Positions 56,601-64,000 of a DNA stretch of 64,000 nucleotides are shown here, one piece after another. The stretch is taken from contig JAPDFW010000092.1 of NCBI GenBank assembly GCA_028826165.1, positions 992,001 to 1,056,000 of the forward strand. Reading direction: 5' to 3'. Origin of the DNA: Anaeramoeba ignava BMAN. Taxonomy: Eukaryota > Protista > Anaeramoebae. The notes beneath the pieces are model-generated. The model had not been told where the DNA came from and ran no database searches. It worked only from the letters and a program-made list of their open reading frames with translations. The translations under genes were made by a program, and so were the position numbers. The stretch's first letter is position 1, and each line of letters starts with the position of its first letter.

Positions 56601-57288
56601 AAATTAATTATTTATCTTTATTAAAATATTTATTCCACTTTTTAATATATTTTATTATAATTAAAATTGGAATAATAAATAATTAAAAATATTAATATAA
56701 TAAATAAAAATATTATTTTAATTTAAAATAAAATAAATTTAAATTAAATTCAAATTAATTATTATTAAAATTAATTATTTATCTTTTATTAAAATATTTA
56801 TTCCACTTTTTTTAATATATTTTATTATAATTAAAATTGAAATAATAAATAATTAATATAATAAATTTAAATTAAAATAAAATAAATCTAAATTAAATTC
56901 AAATTAAATATTATTAAAATTAATTATTTATCTTTATTAAAATATTTATTCCAATTTTTTTAATATATTTTATTATAATTAAAATTGAAATAATAAATAA
57001 TTAAAAATATTAATATAATAAATAAAAACATTATATTAAATTAAAATAAAATAAATTTAAATTAAATTATTATTAAATATTATTAAAATTAATTATTTAT
57101 CTTTATTAAAATATTTATTCCACTTTTTTTAATATATTTTATTATAATTAAAATTGAAATAATAAATAATCAAAAATATTAATTTAATAAATAAAAATAA
57201 TATTTTAATTTAAAATAAAATAAATTTAAATTAAATTATTGTTAAATATTATTAAAATTAATTATTTATATTTATTAAAATATTTATA
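53630..57288. repeat. Satellite array B: about 167-bp unit, about 22 copies
   Basis: The marker TATTCCACTTTT recurs at about 53816, 53984, 54151, 54319, 54489, 54654, 54822, 54992, 55156 and onward to about 57120. Confidence 0.93.
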
Positions 57289-57453
57289 GGTGATATTAAG
57301 TTAGATTCTAATTTACAACCTGGTCAATCAAATTTTGGTCTTAGTTATAATTTACCTAATGGAATTACTTATGAATCAAATGAAGCTGAAAGTTATTTAG
57401 CTGGTTCTTATTCTTCATGGGTTGTTGATGAAGTTGAAACTTATTTCATTTAA
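57289..57453 (+). pseudogene. Orphan variant copy of the last 54 codons of the TLDc domain (possible alternative terminal exon or displaced C-terminus)
   Basis: GDIKLDSNLQPGQSNFGLSYNLPNGITYESNEAESYLAGSYSSWVVDEVETYFI* aligns without gaps to 53024-53188. Confidence 0.9.
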
Positions 57454-57627
57454 AAATTAATTAAAACAAATTAAAAAACAAAAGAAAGAATTTTCTCATC
57501 TAATAAATTACTTTTATTAAGAAACCTTTTCAGTTTTTACTTTTTACTTTTCATTTGATATTGATTTAAAAATCAAACGAAATTATGAGAAAAAAAAACA
57601 AAAACAAAAACAGGAACAAAAAAAAAG

Positions 57628-59457
57628 TTATTGTTCCAATTCATCTAATTTCTTGCAAATTTCATCAAAAGTGGGTCTTTGTTTTGGATCATAAGACCAA
57701 CATTGGTACATTATTTGGAGGATTTCTTGAGGAGCGATATTTTCGGAAATTCTTTTTGGTTTTGAATTTTTGGAAAGAATTTGGTGTTTCAAATCAAAAC
57801 CAGGAATCGTAGTTAATTCTTCACGAAAAGGTAAATCACGTGCGATAATTTCCCACAAGAGAATACCATAAGAATAAACATCAATTTTGGATGAGTAGTT
57901 TGTGTCTCCTCTGAGGATTTCTGGAGCCATCCAAAGATATGTTCCAACGTTAGTTGTCATTTCTTTTTCTAGTTTTGAATCATCTGGTCCATATCGAGCT
58001 AATCCAAAATCTGCTATTTTTAATCTGTTGTCGTTTGTTACTAAAATATTTGATGATTTTAAGTCTCGATGAAGAATGTTTTTTGAGTGAAGATATTTCA
58101 TTGCTGTTGCTATATCTTTTGCATATTGAATTATTGTTTTGGGTTTTAGAACTAGTTTTTTTTGTTTGAGTTTTTGAAGTCTTGAGCGTAAATTTCCTCG
58201 TTGGAGATATTCTAAAGCGATAATTGGAAAGGGGTAATTTTGGTGGAAATCGTAACCGATCATTTTGACGATATTTGGGTGGTCACAAATACTTTTTTGA
58301 ATTTAATTTTATAAATGATTTTAATTTTGAAATAAATTTTAATTTTGATTTTAATTTTAATTTTGATTTTGATTTTGATTTTAATTTCATTTTAATTTTA
58401 ATTTTGATTTTAATTTTGATTTTGATTTGAACTTTGAATTTTGATTTTGATTTTGATTTTGATTTTGATTTTGAATTTTAAATTTTATAAATGAATTTAA
58501 TTTTAATTTTAATTTTGATTTTGATTTTGATTTTGATTTTAATTTTGAATTTAAATTTTAATTTTAATTTTGATTTTAAATTTAATTTTATAAATGAATT
58601 TAATTTTAATTTTAATTTTGATTTTAATTTTAATTTTATAAATGAATTTAATTTTAATTTTAATTTTAATTTTATAAATGAATTAAATTTTAATTTTAAT
58701 TTTAATTTTAATTTTAATTTTGATTTTATAAATTAATTTAATTTGTAAATAAATTTTATAAATAAATATACCCTAAAATCCCAATCTCTCGTTGAAATAA
58801 TTTGAGAGATTTCAATTTAATTTGCTTCAAAGCAACAACAAAATCATTATAAGAAGCTTTATAAACAACAGAATGCTTAGATTTAGTAATAATACCAAGA
58901 ATATTAAGTTTAGAAAGAATAAGTTGAAATTGATATAAATTAGAAGGTAAATCCTCAGCAAAAAGAAAAAACAACGATGGAGAATAATCAGCAAAATGTT
59001 GAGAATAACGAACTAAGAACTTTTTAATGGGAACAGAACCAGTCATTTGAATTGGAAGTTTTTGATTTTTATTTTTAACAAAAGGATTCGGACCAAAAGA
59101 TAAAATAAGTTTAATCAATGAATAATTTCCTGAAGAAACAGCAAAATGAAGGGGGGTATTTAATTTTGTAGAATCAGCAAGATTAGGATCAGCACCCCTT
59201 TTCAAGAGCATTTGCGCCATTTGTTTATTAACTAGTGATATTGCTATGTGAAGTCCGGTATATCCCCCTAAATTCCGTTTATTTGTGTCAATTTTTTCAT
59301 TTAAAATTGTGTGCAATATTTCTGCATCTTGTGTTCCTACTCCTAAATGTATTGCATAATTCCCATCTTCGTCTCGTAATTCGTTTAGATTCGTGTTTTT
59401 GATCCGCTTTTTTAATTCGGAATTGTTTTTTGTTTTGATTAGATTGAAAATAATCAT
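57628..59457 (-). CDS. Ankyrin-repeat tyrosine-kinase-like (TKL) protein kinase; exons 59457-58772 and 58291-57628
   Basis: Ankyrin repeats (GNYAIHL, GYTGLHIA, NTPLHFAV); VVALKQI, ICDHPNIV, HRDLKSSN, KIADFG, GTYLWMAPE, DVYSYG, CWSYDPKQRPTF. Confidence 0.92.
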
Positions 59458-59703
59458 TTTGAATAAAGATAAAAAAATAAAAAAGAAAAAAAAATGAAAG
59501 AAAAAAAATGAAAAAAAAAATTAGGAAAAAAAAGAAGAAAAATAATATTTTTATTTCTAAATTTCTTTTTTATTAATTTTTTTTATTTCTTTCTTAATTT
59601 AAAACTTCATCAAAAAAAAAAAAAGAAAGAAAAAAGAAAAAAGAAAAAAATTTTTTTTTTTAAATTAAAAAATTAAATAATCATTTTTTTCTTTAATAAT
59701 AAA

Positions 59704-61630
59704 ATGATAAAAGAAAAAATCAAACGACAATTTAAAAATCAAAAACAACTTGCAATAGATTTAGGGGAATTTCTTGAAAAAGATAAAACAATGCGAGATT
59801 TTGAAATAATTGTGAGTGAAAAGAAAGAACGAAATCAAAAAGAAATTCAAAAAGAAATTTCACTTAAATGTCACAGTGTAGTACTTTCATCAAGATGTCC
59901 ATTTTTCCAAGAGTATTTCCACAACAACAAGCGAGCGCAATCAATAACACTTGACGAGTTCACACCGACGCCAATGCGTGAGATCTTGAGGTATTTTTAC
60001 ACTGGGGTTTTGGAAATAACACCATCAATTTCGCTGGAGATCCTACTTTTATGCCGACAGTTTTCTCTGCACAACGACCTGGTGGTGTTTGTTAATAACT
60101 ATATCAACGAGCAAATTAACGAGGCGGTTGTTGTGGAGATATACCACTTCGCCAAGTTGAATGATTTCAAGGAACTCGAGAATTTCTGCTTGAAGTTCAT
60201 CACCACACATTTCGAAAACGGCATGATTTCAGGCGATTTTTATCGCTTAACGGATGAGGATTTAAACGCCATTTTGCAGCGAAGTGATCTCCATGTAGAA
60301 AAGGAGGTTGAGTTGTTTTACTTTGTCTTATATTGGGCCGAATCACAGGTTGGGCACAGCGTCGGAGTTTCTCATCTCGAGGAGAAGAACCGCAGCCAGA
60401 TCCACGAAAAGATGATGCCGTTCCTCCCGCTGATTCGTTTCTGCGATATCGACACCGAGGATATTGACCGCATCAGGAAGAAAAAACTTGTTCCAGAAGA
60501 GACTATAACCCAATTGACATCTTATTGTGATTTGCGATTGCGTCATGACAAGTCCGCAATCCACAAGCTCAAAGAAGACATGATCAAGCAGAACAAGTTC
60601 ATGTTTGTTCACCGCCACAAGAAGCCCAAAAGCTCTATATTGCCGCAAAACAAGCAGTTCATCTCGTACTTGATGGAATGGATCGATGATGAGTCGTTTT
60701 TTGCTGATATGGCTCTTTGCTACTCGTCCAAAAAAGACGGTTTAACAGGCGCCGCCTTTCACAACAAATGCGACGGGAAGGGGAAAACACTTGTTCTAAT
60801 TGAGACCACAAAGCACTTCATTTTTGGCGGTTATACACAGATTGGCTGGTCAAAAAATCCTCAAGATTGGTCTTTTAATAACGGAAATTGCGGTTGGATT
60901 GCCGATCCAAATGCGTTTCTTTTTTCGCTCAAGAATTCTTTTCATTTCCGTCCTGAAAAGTTCCCTATTCAATCAGGAAGAGAGAAATGGGCGCTTTTTT
61001 ATGAACCTTCTTACGGCCCAACTTTCGGTGCTGATCTTGAAATGTACTCAAAATCAAGAAGAGCTCTGGATTCAATGAACCGTTTCATCTCTGAATTCGG
61101 TGATTCTTATACTGTTCCTAGTACTATCAGTGCTTACACAAAAAAGGCTTCAAGATTCTTTGGTGGTTCTAGTAATAAATGGAAGATTTTGGAAATGGAA
61201 GTATTTTGTATTAAGTCAATCCAAAAATCAAACTCTGTTGAAATTAATTTGAATCAAAATTTAAGTACAAATCCAAATGCAAATGAAAATCAAAATAAAA
61301 TTGAAAATGAAAATGAAAATCAAAAAGAAAATCAAAATGAAAAAGAAAATCAAAATGAAAATAAAAAAATTGAAAATCAAAATCAAAAATCAAAATCAAA
61401 ATATTTCTCATTCAAGTCCAATTTCTCATTCTTCTTACAACTTAAATCATCATCAACATATACATTTAGATAATCATTCCCAATCAAATAAACTTCATCA
61501 TTCTCATCCAAATCTCAAGCATGATATTCATCCAAATATAAAACAATCAAATCCAAATAAACTTAGATCCAAGAATTTAACAATTGAAAAGATGGAAAAA
61601 AATTCCAAAATTTCAAAAGATTCTAAATGA
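59704..61630 (+). CDS. BTB-BACK-TLDc protein; the end is probably 61630 after an extra A near 61388 (the ORF track stops at 61473)
   Basis: KCHSVVLSSRCPFF, ILRYFYTG, BACK region (LQRSDL.VEKEVELFYFVLYW...PLIRF), TLDc YSSKKDGLTGAAFHNKCDGKGKTLVLI...IFGGYT...AFLFSL...GPTFG...EMEVF. Confidence 0.88.
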
Positions 61631-61924
61631 AAACAATTAATTTTTCAATTTTCAATTTAAATTCAATTTTCAATTTAATTTTCAATTTAAATTTCCAAAA
61701 AAAAATAAATCATTATTATTCTCATTTTTTTTAATTTTTTTATTCTTATTTTTAATCATTTATGATAAACTTTACTTATCAACAAGATTCAAATCTTGTA
61801 ACATAAATGATTAACTAAGCAAAAAACAAAAAAAAAAACAAAACAAAAAACTGAGCAAAAGGAAAAGAAAAGAAAAAGAAAAAGAAAAAAGAAAAAAAAA
61901 ATTCAATTTAATTCAAAAAAAGAT

Positions 61925-64000
61925 CTAAAATTGATCTTGAGAATTCTGCCAATTTAATCCTTTTCTTTGAGAAAGGTTGTTTCGATAAATTTGATCTGAA
62001 ATATTTTGTTGAGATTTAATTGAATCTGAATATCCATTAATATTTGAATTTGCTTGAAACCCATCATTATAATTACGGTTAAAAGAATTATAATTTGAAT
62101 CAGAAGGATTAAATTCATAAAGACGGAAATGTGAATTATTTTGCCAAGAATTTTGAGAATTTTGAGAATTTTTTGAATAAAAACCAGAATTTTCTTGATT
62201 AATAGAAGGATGTGAAGAAACTCGATAAAGTGAAGACATATATTGATAATCTGAATCAAATCCATCATGGTGTTGATGAAGAGATAAAGAAGGAAAAGAA
62301 GAAATTCTCTGACCTGAGCTAAATTGAGGTTCGTATTGATTTATTCTATGAAGATGTTCTGATTGTTGAATTTTTTGTGATTCTTGATTTTGTAATTGAT
62401 TTTGCATTGGATTTTGTAATTGATTTTGCATTGAATTTTGTAATTGATTTTGCATTGGTTGATTCGGTGATTGTTGTTGCTTGCTTTTTTGTTGTTTTAT
62501 CTTTGGCTTATTTCTTGTTTGTTTTGTTTCTTTATGTAGTAAAGTGGTATTCCCACTTACTTTATTCTCGTTTGTTGATTCCTCTTTTAATAAAGTTGAA
62601 AAAGCATCTTCAGAAGGAAGAAAATATTCAAAATAAAAATCTTGAAATTTATTTGAATCAATCAACTTTTTATCATTAAAATCTGCCAAATATTGTTTCC
62701 AAAGTGATAAATTAAAACTCTTTGTTTTTTGTGAATAAGATCCTATAGTGCTAATAAGTGAATCACAAAAATTCAATAATTTATTTTTGTATTGCTTTGG
62801 AATCAATGGTCTTGAATTAATGGGAATGAATTTTGAATTGATTAACTTTCCGCGTTCATTTCTCATATCTAATTTATCTTGTTGCTCTTCAGGAATTAAC
62901 TGAATTTGTTGCTTTCCAATAACTAATAATTCATATAAATGAATTGCATATTTATCAAGTAAATCATTTTGTTCTTGATTAAATTCATCGCTTTTGGAAA
63001 TTACAGTTGCAAATTTTTGGATTCTTTCTGAAATTCTTCTTAATTGTGTATGATGATAAAGTAGATTTAGTAAACATTCATTTGTTAATTCCTTTAGAAT
63101 GAGAAAATAATAAAAGAATATTTTTTTTAAATATTTTTTAAATATTTTATTATTTTAAATTGTTTTATTTACAATTTCATTAATATCTTCATTTTCAGGA
63201 ACTGTTGGAAATCCAAATTCATCATCAACAATTGCTTTACTTGAATTCCAATCATTCCATATTGACTCGATAATTTCATCCACTTTCATTTCAACAAGTT
63301 TCCCTTTTTTCTTTGCATGACATGATTGATTCTTCATATTTTTGTTTCCAATCACAATTAAAAAATCAAAAGAAGTTGAAGTAATAATTTGAGCAAGATT
63401 TTCAGGTCGAATATCTAATTTTAAGAGAAATATTATTTTTTTTTGAAGATGAATAAAAAAATCTCAATTATAATAATAATAATAATTATTATAAAAACAA
63501 ATTACATCCTGAAAAATCAAGTTCTATATGAAGATAAATATCAATTCCATTTTTCACAAACATTTCTTGAATATCAAGTGCATATTTTCGTACTTTGGGA
63601 TCATTTGCATATAAAACAATAATATGTAAAGTTGGATTTCTATTGTATCTATGAATATGTTCTGTCATTGAATTAACTGTTGTTAAAATAAATTGTTCTT
63701 TTATTTTTGATTCTTTTTTTTCTAATTCTAATTTGGGTTGCATAGTTTCAAATGATAAAAGTTGATTTTCAATTAATTTTGTTGGATTTTCTTGAATTGT
63801 TTGATTTAGATTTGGTTCGCTATTTATTTTTTTTATTGGATTTTGGTTTAAATTTTGATTAAAATTTAGATTCTGATTTGGATTTAAATGTAAATTTAAA
63901 TTTTGTATTTTGATTTGATTTAAATTGGGATTTTGATTTTGATTTTGAATTTGATTTTGAATTTTGATTTTGATTTTGATTTTGATTTAAATTTGGATTT
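61925..64000 (-). CDS. 5'-partial multi-exon gene of unknown function with an anticodon-binding-fold-like (NCOA5-like) domain and a Q/N/S-rich tail
   Basis: GT-AG introns near 63505-63415 and 63172-63092 join ORFs 63489-63743, 63155-63355 and 61925-62866. IIVLY...RKYALDIQEMFVKNGIDIYL...FLIVIGNKNMKNQSC loosely fits that fold. Confidence 0.55.

Noticed and set aside
53630-57288. CRISPR-like array
   Set aside because: The units are contiguous tandem repeats without unique spacers, no cas genes are present, and the context is eukaryotic.
53024-57453. Classical diversity-generating retroelement (template repeat / variable repeat pair)
   Set aside because: The differences are not confined to adenines of either copy and there is no reverse transcriptase in the window. 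A remote template cannot be excluded.

Overview
A very AT-rich, gene-dense eukaryotic (protist) window using the standard code, with GT-AG spliceosomal introns. Many introns are inflated by intron-specific microsatellites. The style (NQ/EN-rich low-complexity tracts, expanded BTB-TLDc genes, TCATT initiator-like motifs) suggests an Anaeramoeba-like metamonad; this is an inference only. Family calls come from recognising motifs by eye, with no database search. Genes reconstructed across introns: SZT2 (5'-partial), RPL19, PHAF1/C16orf70-like (3' part garbled), an inverted pair of PIG-G/PIG-O-like GPI ethanolamine-phosphate transferases, a double-AAA ATPase of Afp15/Pvc15-like type, TAF2, a Tctex-1 dynein light chain, VPS29, a Rho GTPase, a WD40-BTB protein, a degenerate VPS4 paralogue, Rab7, a small membrane protein, an NTPase + PD-(D/E)xK nuclease protein of Crinkler/RHS type, two BTB-TLDc genes, an ankyrin-TKL kinase and a 5'-partial unknown gene. 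Many 1-nt frameshifts fall in homopolymers and are probably assembly errors. The most unusual block is 46.6-57.5 kb: [144-bp array]-[NTPase-nuclease gene]-[same 144-bp array]-[BTB-TLDc gene]-[about 22 x 167-bp array]-[orphan alternative TLDc C-terminus]. The orphan differs from the gene almost only by non-synonymous changes, so the block is a candidate C-terminal cassette-exchange or diversification system.
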